This document shows positions 23,853-36,819 of a stretch of 64,000 bases of DNA, piece by piece (position 1 is the first letter of the stretch; each line of letters begins with the position of its first letter). Below the pieces are notes generated by a model, which saw only the letters and a program-made list of their open reading frames with translations, was not told where the DNA came from and did not search any database. A program made the translations under genes and the position numbers. Origin of the DNA: Mobula birostris (lineage: Eukaryota); assembly GCF_030028105.1 (NCBI RefSeq), contig NC_092376.1:170777613-170841612 (forward strand), written 5' to 3'.

Positions 23853-25016
23853 GTGGAATACTCCAGAAGTAAGGGTAGCCAAAAAAGGGGTGCATCAAGT
23901 GAAAGACCTGAAGTAATGGGGGACAACAAATTGAGGAAAATAAGTGAATTGGAGGAATTTATAGTTCTGTATAAAATTAAAGGTCAGAAGGAAGAGGAAG
24001 GAGGATTTAGAGCCCTTAATCCTTTGAAAGTGGCAGCAGCGTTCGAGAACCAAATAGGTAAAGGATTCCAGGCCAAGATTTTGTCTAATGGATTGCTGAA
24101 AATTTGTTGCAAAGATATTGACCAATATAACAGTGCTAAAACGTTGGGAAAATTGGTTGTGAAAGTGGAGTGTATTACTCTGAAAGAAAGGAAGGGAGTT
24201 AAGGGGGTAATGCATGATCTTTGGTCTGGCATGACTGAAAAGGCAATTTTGGACAATATTAAAGTGATTGAAGTGACAATATGTCGAGTGATTGAAGCCA
24301 AACGATTAAAATTGAGAGAAGGTGGTAACTGGGATTCTCCTGTTCTTCTGGCTTTTGCAGGTGTTGTTCTTCCAACTAGAGTCTATCTTGGGTGCATGTC
24401 TTATCAAGTTAGAGAATACATTAGACTTCCCTCACGCTGTTATAATTGCCAGAGATTTGGACATGTTGCTGGTTCATGTCGAGGTAAAAGAAGATGTATG
24501 AAATGTGGAGAGGATCATGATATTAAAGCATGTAAGGCAGTGGTGCCTAAATGCAGTAACTGTGGAGGGGACCATACAGCGGCATTCAGAGGATGTGAGT
24601 ATTTTAGTAAGGCAAAGCAGATTCAGGATGTTAGAATCCAACAAAAGATATCATATGCTGAGGCAGCAAAGAAAGTTGATAGAGAGCAAAGGATAAGTAA
24701 AGAAAAGATTGGAATGATGGGGAGTCAATTCATTCCTAGTTATCCAACTATGGTTCCTTCAGGCATATTGTTGATGACAAAAGAGTCTTTTTTGGCGTTT
24801 GTTGTTGATGTACTGGTCAGGGCTAAAACTACAGTCAAGAGGTCGGATATGATAAAAGTAGTTGTTGGAGCTGCAGAGGGATTCCTTGATATAAAACAGA
24901 TTTTGCTGGAAAAATTACATGAGTATATGACAGACAAACAATCACTGAATACTTCCCAGTTGTTGGGATCAGAGAGTACGGAGGAGCTTTATGTGGATGA
25001 AGAGGCCAATAATTAG
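23853..25016 (+). CDS. Nimb ORF1 nucleic-acid-binding protein (open; first ATG at 23916)
   Basis: Uninterrupted 387 codons containing CYNCQRFGHVAGSC, CMKCGEDHDIKAC and CSNCGGDHTAAFRGC. Confidence 0.85.
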   Translation: MEYSRSKGSQKRGASSERPEVMGDNKLRKISELEEFIVLYKIKGQKEEEGGFRALNPLKVAAAFENQIGKGFQAKILSNGLLKICCKDIDQYNSAKTLGKLVVKVECITLKERKGVKGVMHDLWSGMTEKAILDNIKVIEVTICRVIEAKRLKLREGGNWDSPVLLAFAGVVLPTRVYLGCMSYQVREYIRLPSRCYNCQRFGHVAGSCRGKRRCMKCGEDHDIKACKAVVPKCSNCGGDHTAAFRGCEYFSKAKQIQDVRIQQKISYAEAAKKVDREQRISKEKIGMMGSQFIPSYPTMVPSGILLMTKESFLAFVVDVLVRAKTTVKRSDMIKVVVGAAEGFLDIKQILLEKLHEYMTDKQSLNTSQLLGSESTEELYVDEEANN

Positions 25017-25029
25017 TATTTGGATGTTT

Positions 25030-28000
25030 TTATATTACAATGGAATGCAGAAAGTTTATCTGCAAATGGTTAAGAATTAAAAAGATTTGTTGGAACTTTT
25101 AAAGACAAGCCTGATTTAATCTGTATAGAGGAGACAGGTTGAAGCCTCATTTCGATTTTGTGATCCCTGGATATGATAGTTTGAGAGCTGACAGAATGGG
25201 TAAATCTGGTGGAGGGTGTGCAACTTTCATAAAAACAGGACTCCAGTTTAGAAGACTTGATTTTAAATCTCACCTTGAAATTATGGCTGTGGAGGTTTGG
25301 TGCTCTCGTGGACAAATAACTTTGATTAACTTTTATAAACTAGGTAATATGATGTTATCAGATTTGGATGAAATTATGAATAAGGTAAAATCCCCAGTAA
25401 TCTGGGTTGGAGATTTCAATGTCCATAATCCTATATGGGGTAATGAAAGTAAAGATAGTAATGGAGCGGTAGTAGAGGAGCTTCTAGATAAATACAACAT
25501 GGTACTGCTAAATGACGGAAGGCCTACAAGATTTAATATTGTAAAGAGTACCTGTAGTCAATTAGACTTATCTATCACTTCTTCAAACTTAGCTAGGTTT
25601 GGGGAATGGGATGTTATGGACAGATACACACTAGGATTATTATATAGATTATGTAGATTTGGTAGAAATTTGATAGTAGAAGTTGAGGAGAGGTCTGATA
25701 GGTATAATTTTGCTTTGGCTCATTGGGATGAGTACCAGGAGAAAGCTGTGGATATCGCAGAGGAAGTTAATAGTGAGTGCTCCATAGACGATTGGAATGA
25801 ATCCCTCTGTTCTATAATTCATAAAGTTGCTCAGTTGACTATTCCGCTACAGAATGTTCCTAAGGCTCAAGCACTAGTTCCCTGGTGGAATAAAAATTGT
25901 GATATAGCAACAAGAAACAGAAATAGAGTTTACAGGATATTAAGAAAGTACCCAGTGTCAGATAATGTTATGGAGTATAAAAAGGAAAGAGCAGTAGCAA
26001 GGAGAGTAATTAAAAATGCAAAGAGGGATAGTTGGAGAAGATTTCGTGGAACCCTGAGCCCTGAGGCACCTATAAAGCAGCTATGGACGATCATTCACAG
26101 AATGTCAGGGATATATAGGAGACCATCCATCCCAGCTTTGCTGGAAGGAGATATTGAAGCTGTAACCAATAAGGAAAAGGCTGATATGTTTGTAGAGGTG
26201 TTCCAAGCATTACACTGTTCTGGAGAGTTAGGTGATTTGAGAAAGGAAATTATGTTAAAGGAAAGTTGGAAATTGGACAGGAGTTTGGATGATAATAGCT
26301 CCATAAATTTCTTTTTCTCCCTTCAGGAATTGCAGGAAGCTGTGCAATCAGGTTCAAACACTTCTCCTGGTAGGGATGGACTGTGTTATGAATTGCTTAA
26401 GCATTTAGATAACTCTATTAATAGAAATTCTAGCATTGTTTAATTCAGTGTGGAAAGAAGGAAAATTACCAGTAGAATGGAAGCATGAGATGGTAGTTCC
26501 AGTTTTAAAGCAAGGTAAGGACGTGTCTAGTCCTAGTTTGTATCAGCCTATAGCTTTAACGTCAGGGCTTTGTAAAATTGTGGAACGAATGGTCACCAAC
26601 AGACTTGTTTATTTTTTGGAAAATAAGGGACTTTTTGCTGCCTATCAAAAATGGTTTTAGAACTGGAAGATCAACAATGGAATCTGTTGCCCTTTTATGT
26701 TAGTAGATCATGATATTAAAAAAGTGTTTAAATTAGAGAAGTGATGGTATATGTATTTCTAGATATTGAAAGAGCATATGACTCACTATGGAGGGATGGT
26801 TTATTAAGTAAACTTTATGATGTGGGAATTAGAGGTAGAATGTTTAATTGGATCAAAGATTTCCTTAAGGAAAGGACAATTCAAGTAAGGATAGGCGAAA
26901 CAAGCTCCAAGTCAGTTAAAATAGGTAATGTTACCCCTCAAGGAAGTGTCATTAGTCCAATTCTTTTTAATGTCATGATAAATGATTTCTTTGATCAGGC
27001 AGGGACAGGATTTGGCAGATCATTGTTTGCAGACGATGGTGCAATCTGGAAAAGAGGAAGAAATATCAAGTATATATTAAGGCAGGTACAAAAGGCTTTA
27101 AGATCAGTTGAAAACTGGGCTAATAAATGGGATTTTAGGATTTCTGCTTCTAAGTCCAAATATATAATTTTTGGCTTTAGAAGAAAGATTCCTGATTGTG
27201 AATTGTATCTATATGATTCTCCACGAGAATAAGTCAAGGTATTCAAGTTTTTAGGTGTCTGGTTTGATGAAAAACTTACTTGGAGGGTTCATATAGATAA
27301 AACAATTGGAAAGTGTGAGAAAGTTTTAAATGTTATGAGAAGTATTGCTGGATGTGACTGGGGAGCAGGGCGGGAAACTATGTACTTAATATAGTATTAG
27401 CTATGCTTAGATCAGTTATAGATTATGGTTGTATTGCTTATGGTTCCGCTGCTACAGCAGTGCTTGGAAAACTAGACACTGTGCAGTCCAAAGCACTTAG
27501 ACTCTGTTATGGAGCTTTTAGAACAACATCAGTTCTGGCATTATGTGTGGAGATGGGAGAAGTGCCTCTGCACTTAAGACGAATTCAGCTGGGCCTGCAG
27601 TATTGGGCAAAACTAAATGGATTCAATCACAGCTGTCCTCCAAAGTGTCTTTTGCAGGGGAAGTTGGAGTGCCAAAGTAAAATTAAAAGATACCCATTTT
27701 TAGATTTGGTTAATAACTGGGCTGTGAAATTGAAACTGACTGAGGAAGACATAATTGACCAAATTTGCTTGCCACCCATCCCTTTTTGGCTCTTTCCAGA
27801 ACCAGAAGTAGACCTATTCCTCCTTTTTTAGCTTCAAGGAAGCAGTGCAATTTTATCAGCGTTGATCACAATGAATATTTAAATAATAAATGGGGATTTT
27901 ATCTGAAGATTTTTACTGATGGCTCTGTGGAACCAGAGAGCGGTAGGACTGGATTTGGGATGTGTGTGTCTCAATTTGGAGTTAAGATTGGTCACTGGGT

Positions 28001-28769
28001 TTCAGATGGTGTTTCTGTCTTTGCAACAGAATTATTAGCAATCCTCTGGGCCTTATGGTGGATAGAAGGTTCTTGACCACGAAGGGTTATCATCTGTTCA
28101 GATTCTGTTGCTGCCTTAGAGTCTATAAAAGGGAGTAAATCAAAAGCTCATCCTGACATAGTTATTGAGATTCTCTTAGTGTTGTTTAGAGTAGGGAAGA
28201 TGGGCTGTGCAGTTAGATTTTCATGGATACCTGGGCATGCTGGGGTGGGGGGAAATGAAATTGTGGATGGCATTGCAAAGCCTTCCTTACAGAGCAGGCA
28301 AGTAGAAATTAGAGTTCCCCTAGGCAGAGCAGAATTGAGAAGTAGGATTAAAAATGGTATAGAGAAGATGTGGCAGGAGGATTGGAAAAATGAATTAAGG
28401 GACAGGTATTATTTTTCTAGTCACTCACTAGTTAAAAATGTCTCTGAATGTTAACTTTTAAGTTGTAGAGATATGGTGAAATTAACAAGACTTAGGTTGG
28501 GGCATTGTGGGTTAAACTATTACTTAAAGATAACAAGAAAACATCCTACTGGATTATGTGACTGTGGTAGTCCAGAGACAGTCCAGCATGTTTTGCTGAG
28601 CTGTAATCGATACAAAATTGAAAGAAGCACATTATTCAAGAGGCTATTTGGCTTGAATTTATTTTGGTTTTCTATCAAATCTTTGTTTGCCCATCAAGAG
28701 AATCAACATCTGATTGAAGAGTTTATTATTCAATTTATATGTGAGACTAGGTTATATTCGAGAATTTGA
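25030..28769 (+). pseudogene. Nimb ORF2 (endonuclease-RT-RNase H), broken by stops and frameshifts
   Basis: ILQWNAE, VGDFNVHN, FLDIERAYD, TPQGSVISP, LFADDG, IFTDGS, WIPGHAGVGGNEIVD and CDCGSPETVQHVLLSC. Confidence 0.92.
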
Positions 28770-29132
28770 GTTCCTTGAAGTTCTATAATTAATTATACAT
28801 GCTGTGGAGGGCTGTAATATGCCTAGATGCATCTAAACAGCCGGAAATAGAAAAAGAAGAAGAAGAAGAAGAAGAAAAGAAGAAGAAGAGATTTGATGCA
28901 GACAAGTGTGAGGTGTTGCACTTTGGGAGGACAAACCAGTGCAGGTCTTTCACTGTGAATGGTAGTGCATTGAGGAATGTGGTAGAGAAAAGGGATCCGA
29001 ATATACAGATTTATAATTCCGTGCAAGTGTCTTTACAGTTAGACAGGTTCTTAAAGAGAGCTTTTGGTACATTGGCTTTCATAGATCAGAATATTGGATA
29101 GAGGAGTTGAAACGTTTTGTTGGAATTGTGTC

Positions 29133-29681
29133 TGTAATGGCTTCTCTGTAATGTTCACTGCTGAGGTAAGGGTTTCTCTGTAGCAGCAATATTTGGGTTA
29201 TGGCTGTAGATAACAGGGCTGTAGGATGCATGTTAGCCAATTGGAGATTGTTGCTTTGTCTTGTATATCTGGAAGAATATTTTTTTCCCGGTCTTTGTGT
29301 CGAGGAGAGATGAAGAGGGAAGACGCGTGTGGAGAGAGCTGGTAGACCACCAGACAGAGTGGACTGGGATCTGAGGGTCCGAAGGTCGGCGACGTTCGGA
29401 GGAGACCGATGGTGGAAGAATGACTACTGAGTGAGCTCCAACGTGAACTTTTGACTTGAATTGGGCCTTTTTTAATTTTCATTACTCACCCTATATTCAG
29501 ATTAAGATTCATAAAGTTCAATCTTTTAATTGCATATGGTGTACTGTCTGATATTTTGCATTGTGGGTTTGTAACTGGGGGTACATTACACAGCATACAC
29601 ACAAACGTGATTACGCAGTTTTGCGGGGTAGATGGCTGATTCCCCGAGACAAACACGAGCTGGGTAAGTCTGGGGGTTACA
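29133..29681 (+). repeat. 5' LTR (549 bp)
   Basis: TGTAA/TTACA termini; the last 98 bp align without gaps to 34715..34812. Confidence 0.85.
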
Positions 29682-29752
29682 ATTGTAAGGGCTATGTCCT
29701 GGATTGCTTTTGTTGGATGCTGTGTGATTGCCCTGTTTGAATCTGTGCTGGT

Positions 29753-31100
29753 ATGGATGCTGCGGGGGTGGAACGTTGGTGTGCCTCTGTGGGGTTGCCG
29801 GTAATTAATGCATGCGTGTTGAGTGGGGTGGATATTCGTATCCCAGATGAATTGTTAATTAGATTTTTGCGTATGGGCAAAGCTGTTGGCAAAGTTGAAA
29901 TCGCAGCGCGAATGTTTGATGGAATGGTGGGCTCAGACATCGTTTTAGTTCAGACTAGCGCTAACGTAACGGCGGTGGGACTGCCAGCGTCTATCAGTGA
30001 CCCAGCTGAGGTGGGGCCATGGCCTGTCCATGCTGTCAGGGAGGAGGAGGAGGGAGCCCAGCAGGCTGGGTCACAAGCTGAGTTGCCCATAGTTGGGGGC
30101 TGACATTTCAGAGACAGGGTTCTATTGTTTCTGAGGAGTGAGGGGACAGGGTGTTTGGATTTGGAAAGTTTAATTAGTGCCCGTCCACCAGTGAAGAGTG
30201 AGGGTTCTGAGCTGGCATCAACCCTTACCTCCCTGGCGAATAAATAGGCCAGTACACAGGCAGAGGGTCCCCACTGGAAGCTAAGAATTTTCTCTGGAAT
30301 AGTGCCCACCATCCCCGAGGGGGAAGAGGAGTATGAGAGGTGTGTGGAGCAGACCTCTCAGATGTTGGATGAGTGGCAATGCTCTGACGACAAAAAGCAA
30401 CAGAGATTGGTTGAAAGTTTGAAGCGGTTGGTGGCTGATGTAGTAAGAGCCGTGAAGGTTAACCAACCCTCTGCTCCCGTTGCTGAGTATCTAGACGCAT
30501 TAGAGAGCGCTTTCGGTACGATGGGGAGCACACTGGAGTTCGTGGGGTGGTTTCAAAACAGGAGAAGGGGGAGAAGCTTTCCGTGTATATTTTTCAGCTA
30601 GAGAGACTGCTAAATTGTTTGCGGTGCCTGGGGGTCATTCAGCCGGCTGAGATGCGTAAGTTAAGGATGAGCCAGTTAGCCAAGGGCGCCCAGTCCCAAG
30701 ACATGATTGCTTGGAGTCTTCGACAGTCCCGTAAAATGCGCACCCTCCCTCATTTGTTCAGCTGATCAGAGAGGTGCGGGAGGAGGAGAACGCATCCGTC
30801 AGCAGGGCACAGTCCTCGGTAGTAGCCCCTTGTGGTAAAGTGACCGGGGCCAGTCCAACCCGGGAAATGGTAAAGGAGATGGTAGCAGAGCTGAGAACTG
30901 AGATATCCCGGTGTTAACAGAGGGTGTGCATCCTCCGTATGATAGGGCTGGTAGAGAGGCGCCCCTCCAAGGGGACGGTCTACGCAGAGGGCTGCGGGTC
31001 GCCGGGGTTCCATGAGAAGAGGGGCGGCTGGTAGCGTGTGCTATATCTGTGGGGAAGAGGGACACTTCCAGTGGGAATGTGAGCGGCAGGAAGCCCCTCG
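29753..31100 (+). pseudogene. PNMA/Ma-family gag remnant
   Basis: IFSGIVPT.PEGEEEYE..VEQTSQMLDEWQCSD..K.QRLVESL...YLDALESAFG; knuckle CYICGEEGHFQWEC. Confidence 0.85.
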
Positions 31101-34100
31101 GAGAGCGAGCCCCTGGGTATCTAAGCAGGGAGAGGTGTCGGGAAACTTAGAGGAGACCCAGCGGGTGAACAGCCTGGTATCTCTAGGGAAACACGGTACC
31201 AAGGAACTCCTGAAAGCAAAAGACCCTATTCCTGAAGGCTTAGTGGGACCACGCTCTGGTGTGTCGCTAAGGATAGAGGGTATATATGCTAAAGCCAAAC
31301 TCGACACTGGGTCGCAGGTCACGTTACTGTACTGCTCATTTTACAACCGGTATCTGAAGCATTTACCCTTGACACCATTCAGTGCACTGAAGATTTGGGG
31401 TCTCAGGGCTGGTGATTATCCAAACGACGGTTATTTGTCAGTGAAACTGGAGTTCTCGGAGGCCGATGTGGGAGTGTCTGAGGTTCTTGATACAATAGTG
31501 CTGGTTTGTCTGGACCCTGTTGAGAGGGGTGGTGTTTCAATTCTGGTGGGAACCAACACCGCTCTTGTGAGGAGGCTCATGGGGGCCTGCATGGAGAAGG
31601 CTGGCAAGAGCTTTCTGGGAACATTGTCCATGCACCCGGTGTTTTGAGCTGCTTTTGAGGAAATGCGTGGCAGCATTGGGCCAGATACCAAATTTAAATG
31701 AGGGTCTGTGAGGGACTGTGCCGGCTCGTGGCGTAGTGGCATCAGCGCTGGACGAATCCGGCCGACTCCCTTGCACACTCTCCATTCTTAACAAAAAAAA
31801 ACCTGGAGAGGGATGGACTCCGTCAGGTTTCAGATGCTCAAGACATGCCGTACGATGAGCATATCAACAAAGCTTCTCATGACGGTGACCTGACGACTCC
31901 ACCAGGAGTTAAGGGCGCATACACATGCACACACACACGCACACACGCACTGTGTGGTTCACCCAGTCGAAGCCAATGGTAGTACAGCCTGGGGAAGTAG
32001 CGAGAGTGATGGGGACCCCCAAATTTCCCGGAGTGCCTGAGGGCGAAGCCCTCTTAGTGGACGCTCCCGATGACCACAAGGGGGAGTGGGGGTTCCCTGC
32101 TCGGGTACTGGCAAGGCCCAAACTGCAGAAGCCGTTGGTTGTATAGGCGAGCAGGGTGGCAGTGATCATCAGAAACACTACGAAGAGGGAGGTCATCCTC
32201 AAACGGGGATGCACCTGGTGCATCTGTTCCCAGTGACGGTAATATCTAGTGCCCCCCGTGAGGCACGCCAGGGAGAAACTTTTGGAAAAGGGGTAAAAGT
32301 TGAGCACTGAGTTATTCAACTTCAGGGACTCTTCAGTGCCGCCGGATTGGAAAAGGAGGCTGGTAGAGAAGGTGTTGAAGCTAGAAAGTGTCTTTTCCAT
32401 TGGCGAGTTTGATGTGAGTTGTTCCAAGAGCAGTTTGACCGAGGACACCCCGTTTAGAGAGAGGTCGTGGCAACTGGTCCCTGCAGACATGGAAGATATG
32501 TGGCAGCACTTGTGTAAGTTGAAGGAAGCTGGGATCAACTCTGAGTCCCAAAGTCCCTATGTGTCCTCAATAGTAGTGGACCAGAAGAAGAACGGGAATG
32601 TACCCATGTGTGTGGACTATAGGATTCTGAACAGGCCAGTGTGTGGTCCTGAGAGTCAAAGACGCCTGGCTTGTCTGAGTGGTGTGAAATGGTTCAGTGT
32701 GCTGGGTTTGAAGAGTGAATATTACCAGATCCCTATGAGTGAGGCTGACAAAGAGAAGACGGTTCTTATCTGTCCCCTGGGATTCTTCCAGTTCGAAAGG
32801 ATGCCCCAGGGGATATCGGGAGCCCCTGCAACCTTTCAGCGGGTTATGGAGAAGACAGTGGGAGATCTGAACTTGCTTGAGGTGTTGTTGTATTTGGATG
32901 ACCTCATAGTATTTCGATCCACCTTAGAAGAACATGAAGCAAGGCTACTGAAGGTGGTCGGCCACCTGAAAGCTGAAGGGTTAAAACTTTCCCTGGACAA
33001 GTGCCAGTTCTGCAAAACATTTGTTAGCTATGTTGGACACATAATCTCATGATTGGAGTATCTACAGACCCAGCTAATAGGAGCACTGACCACTTGGCCA
33101 AGACCCCAGACTGTGAGCGTTCTGCGCTCATTCCTTCGGTTCTGTGGTTATTATCGGAGATTCATGAAGGGCTGCGCCAGTGAGTCACCCCTTGAATCAG
33201 CTTCTGTGTGGTTATCCTCCCTTGGGGAAGAAAGGGAGGAAGAAAAAAGGACAGTAGGGTGGAGAACATCTAAACCCGTTGGAGCCCTTTGGACAGAGGT
33301 GGGATGTAAAATGTGAGGAGGCTTTTCAGTCACTGAAGGAGCTGCTGACCCAGACGCCGGTCTGGCTTTTGCGGACCCACGATTGCCATATGTACTGCAC
33401 ACAGATGCCAGCCAAGAGGGTTTAGGGAGCGTCCTGTATGAGAATCAGGGCATTGGGTTGAGGCCTGTGGCGTTTGTCAGCCAGAGTTTGTCGCTCTCTG
33501 AGAGAAACTATCCCACGCACAAGTTGGAATTCCTGGCATTGAAATGGGTGGTGGTGGATAATCTGAGTGACTATCTCTACAGGGCCAAGTTTGAGGTGAG
33601 GACAGACAACAACTCACTAACTGACCTCGGCGAAAATGAATCCCACAGGCCATTGGTGGTTGGCAGACTTGTCTGCCTATGATTTCAGCCTGAAGTACTG
33701 GTTCGGGGAGCCTAAACATTGGTTTGTCCCGACAGGTGCATGAGGAACTGGAGAGGGCCGAGGAATGGGGGAGTGTTCCTGCCCCTGAGGTGAAGGCCAT
33801 GTGTCAGTTTGCCATCAGCATGAAAGCAGAGGAAAAGGAGGGGCAGGATCGAACAGTGGATCAATTGGGGGCTTCTGATGATACCATACCACAAGTTTAC
33901 TGTAACCTGACTGCTCTGAAAACCAATCAGCTGTCGGAATTGAGATCCAGGGAAGTGGCAGCTGCTGAGCGAGATGATCCGGGCATTGGCACTATTTTGG
34001 TCCACTGTTGAAAAGGGAGACGTGGCTCAGGTGGAGAAGACGAAACACGCTTCGGTGCCTCCACTACTGAAAGAATGGCCTCGGTTGGAGTTGAAGAACT

Positions 34101-34714
34101 AAATCTTATACCGGGTCACATCACCCCCAGACCGACCTCAGCATTGCCAGCTGGTTCTGCCCTAAAAGTATCGGAGGATTGCATTGAAGTCACTTCATGA
34201 TGATTCTGGCCATTTGTGGGTGGAAAAGACCTATGGATTGTTCAGAGACCGGTTTTACTGGCCTGGAATGAAGTTGGAGGTTGAAGAATACTGCAAGTCG
34301 TGCATTCACTGCATACGGCGGAAGACACTACCTACGTGGGCAGCTCCTTTGTCCCACTTGCAGAGCGCAGGGCCCCTGGACAAGTGTGTATGGATTTCCT
34401 GTCCATAGAACCCGATGCCAGCAACATGGCGAATGTATTAGTCATCATGGACCACTACACCAGATATGCTCAGGCTTTTCCTACAAGGACCAGAGGGTGA
34501 CTATGTTGGAAAAGTGTTATGGGAGAAATATTTCATTTATTATGGCCTTCCCAGGCGGATACATAATGGCCAGGGACGGGACTTTGAGAGCAGACTCATC
34601 TATGAGTGACTGGGCATGCTTGGAGTTGAGGTGTCGAGAACCACGCTCTATCACCTGCAGGGCAATCCCCAGCCTGAGAGGTTTAATTGGACCTTGCTAG
34701 ACATGCTCGGGACC
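31101..34714 (+). pseudogene. Gypsy pol (protease-RT-RNase H-integrase) remnant
   Basis: ORFs 31012..31647, 32300..33052, 33383..33682 and 34184..34500 carry the canonical motifs. Confidence 0.88.
31711..31949 (+). mobile_element. tRNA-headed SINE with (CA)n tail inserted in Gypsy pol
   Basis: A-box TGGCGTAGTGG at 31729..31739, CA-repeat tail and 5-bp TSD ctgtg. Removing it restores GSVWFTQSK. Confidence 0.7.
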
Positions 34715-35989
34715 CATTACACAGCATCCACACAAACGTGATTACCCACTTTGGTGGGGTTGAGGGCTGTTTCCCCTGGACGAGCACAAGCTGGCCGAAC
34801 CTCAGGGTTACATGTCAGATGTGGGTGAGGCCAAATTTGGAGTATTGGATGCAGTTTGAGTCACCTACGTACAGAAGAGTTATCAATGAGATTGAAAAAA
34901 CGCAGAGTAAATTTACAATGACTTTGCTGGGACTTGAGGACCTGAGAGCTAAGGAAAGATAGAATAGGTTAGTACTTTGTTCCCTGGGGTGTAGGCGAAT
35001 GAGGGGTGATTTGATAGAGTTAAACAAATCATGAGGAGGATAGATAGGTAAGTGCATGCAGACTCTTTCCTCTGTGGTTTGGTGAGACTGGAACTAGAGG
35101 TCATAAGTTATGAGTGAAAGTTGAATTATTTGAGGGAAACCTGACAGGGAGCTTCTTCACTCAGTGGATGGTGAGTGTGGAACAAGATGTCAGCAGATGT
35201 GATGGATGTAGATCTTATTGAATAATTTAAGAGAAGTTTGGATAAATACATGGATGGGAGGGCTATGGTCCGGGTGCAGGTTGATGGGACTTTGCAGAAT
35301 AATAGTTTGTCATGAACTGGATGGAGTGCTGTTCTTGTTTCTGCTGTAGTGCTCTGTGAATCTCTGTGAATCTGTGATTTCAATTGCAACATTTAAGAGG
35401 AGTTAGCAAAGGTACGTGGATGAAGAGCGGCATGGAGGGCTATGGACTGAATGCAGATAGAAGGCAAAACACCAGGCTGGCTCAGACAAATGGGCCAAAA
35501 GGCCTGTTTCAGTGTTAGTGATGACCATGAAACTCTTGTAAAAAATTACTAAGTTTCATTCTATTCCAGCCACGCCCAGCCTGGACTATACCCCATATGA
35601 TTCATAAAATGTGATTGACTCCAAACTTGTTTCACAGTCCCTTCAATTCACAAGTAATTCAGGGTTGGCACTAAATGTCAACCTCATCAGTGATGCACAT
35701 AAACACTCAGTCTCAGTTGCTACTCACAAGAGTGGAGCTTGCTGTGGTCCTCTGCTGCTGTAGCCATTCCACATCAAGGTTCGAAACGTTGTGCATCCAG
35801 AAATGTTCCTGCACACCACTGTTGTAACACGCTTAATGAAGAATAATTTGCCAAACTTGTAACTCACTTCAGGCTCTCTACAGTGAAACTCGGCGGTGGG
35901 GGGCGCTGACTCGTGCTGTCTGTGGGCTCCGGTGGGTTCCTGCTGCTCAGTCTAAAACTGCACTTCATCTCTTACAGGAAACCCACAAA

Positions 35990-36077
35990 ATGAGGCTGAG
36001 GTTTCACTGCAGAACTTTGCCAGCTGGTTTGATGTTTAATTTCTTTGTTCTACTACTTCATCCTGTTTCCACTCAAA
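35990..36077 (+). CDS. IgSF gene leader (signal peptide) exon
   Basis: Acceptor tcttacag at 35977; ATG at 35990 encodes MRLRFHCRTLPAGLMFNFFVLLLHPVSTQ; phase-1 donor A|GTAAGT; joins in frame to 54519. Confidence 0.75.
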
Positions 36078-36159
36078 GTAAGTGGTTTTTCTTCACCAAT
36101 CACAACCACATTGTTTTATTATTGTCCATGTAAACTCGCTGCCGATTTTCAAACTTACA

Positions 36160-36800
36160 TTGCTCTCTGAGTCCCTGAATGTGCTGCTGTCTCACAATCC
36201 ATCACATTATTAACAGAGTTCCATTTCTGAGCTCCTTCCACCAGGACTCTTCCCTTCTGCACCAACACAGTTCCTGTCCCAGTGAGCATGTTGCTAAGGG
36301 AAACTCTCCCTCTTTATCCTGTCCAATCTGTCTGCAGACTTTGATAAGTTGTCCACAATATCTCCTCCAACAACTCCCCACCACAGTCCAGCGGAGTGGA
36401 ACTGCTCTCACCTTGCTGATCCATTTGTAGCTTGAGACTCACCCGCAATTTCTTCACTTCATCTCCTGCACATTTTCCCCTGGGTCCCTCTGACAACCTA
36501 TCCTGGGATCCTCTTAATTCTCATTTTATAGCACTCTTTGATGACGCCAACCGAAAACTGATTCTTGCTTCCAATAGTCAACTGTCAACACCTCCTCGAG
36601 CTTGCCAACCCCTCTCTGAAACCCTCCACAATCTCCAAACTTGCGGATGGCATATGGAGTGCCTGATACAGGAAGAGCAAATATTACACACACACAAATC
36701 ATTCAACACTATTTCCTTGCAGAATGATGATATCTCCTGGCAACTGTCTGAGGCTAAAAACACAATAGCAAACATCGTGCCATATTTACCAGGAGATCGG
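36160..36800 (+). mobile_element. Ancient L2-like LINE RT remnant
   Basis: Frameshifted LS..FD..., LLQQL.TTVQRSGTAL and ILGSSx/PQGSILGP-like segments. Confidence 0.5.
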
Positions 36801-36819
36801 CTTCCATCCACAAAGACAG

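Larger units (their letters stand above)
23669..28887 (+). mobile_element. Full-length Nimb/I-clade non-LTR retrotransposon (5219 bp)
   Basis: Gag-like ORF1 with three zinc knuckles; ORF2 with endonuclease, RT, RNase H and CCHC; (GAA)n tail; 11-bp TSD gagatttaatg (23658..23668) / gagatttgatg (28888..28898). Confidence 0.9.
29133..34812 (+). mobile_element. Ty3/Gypsy LTR retrotransposon with PNMA (Ma)-type gag, decayed, with an internal 3' deletion
   Basis: 5' LTR TGTAA...TTACA, degenerate Pro-like PBS, gag-knuckle-protease (LDTGSQ), RT (YLDDL), RNase H (LHTDAS) and integrase; 98 bp of the 3' LTR; 4-bp TSD tgtc (29129..29132, 34813..34816). Confidence 0.92.
23510..35340 (+). mobile_element. 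Old CR1 RT 3' fragment hosting two later insertions (pieces 23510..23668, 28888..29132, 34813..35340)
   Basis: WAERWQM.F continues as DADKCEVLHFGR after the Nimb element, and as VRPNLEY after the Gypsy element. Confidence 0.85.

Noticed and set aside
28799-29101. ORF with a poly-E/K run
   Set aside because: It is the (GAA)n tail of the Nimb element read into the host CR1 fragment.
35880-35977. GC-rich stretch as the promoter of the Ig gene
   Set aside because: It is short and followed by a good splice acceptor, so an upstream exon is equally plausible. Cannot be resolved from sequence alone.
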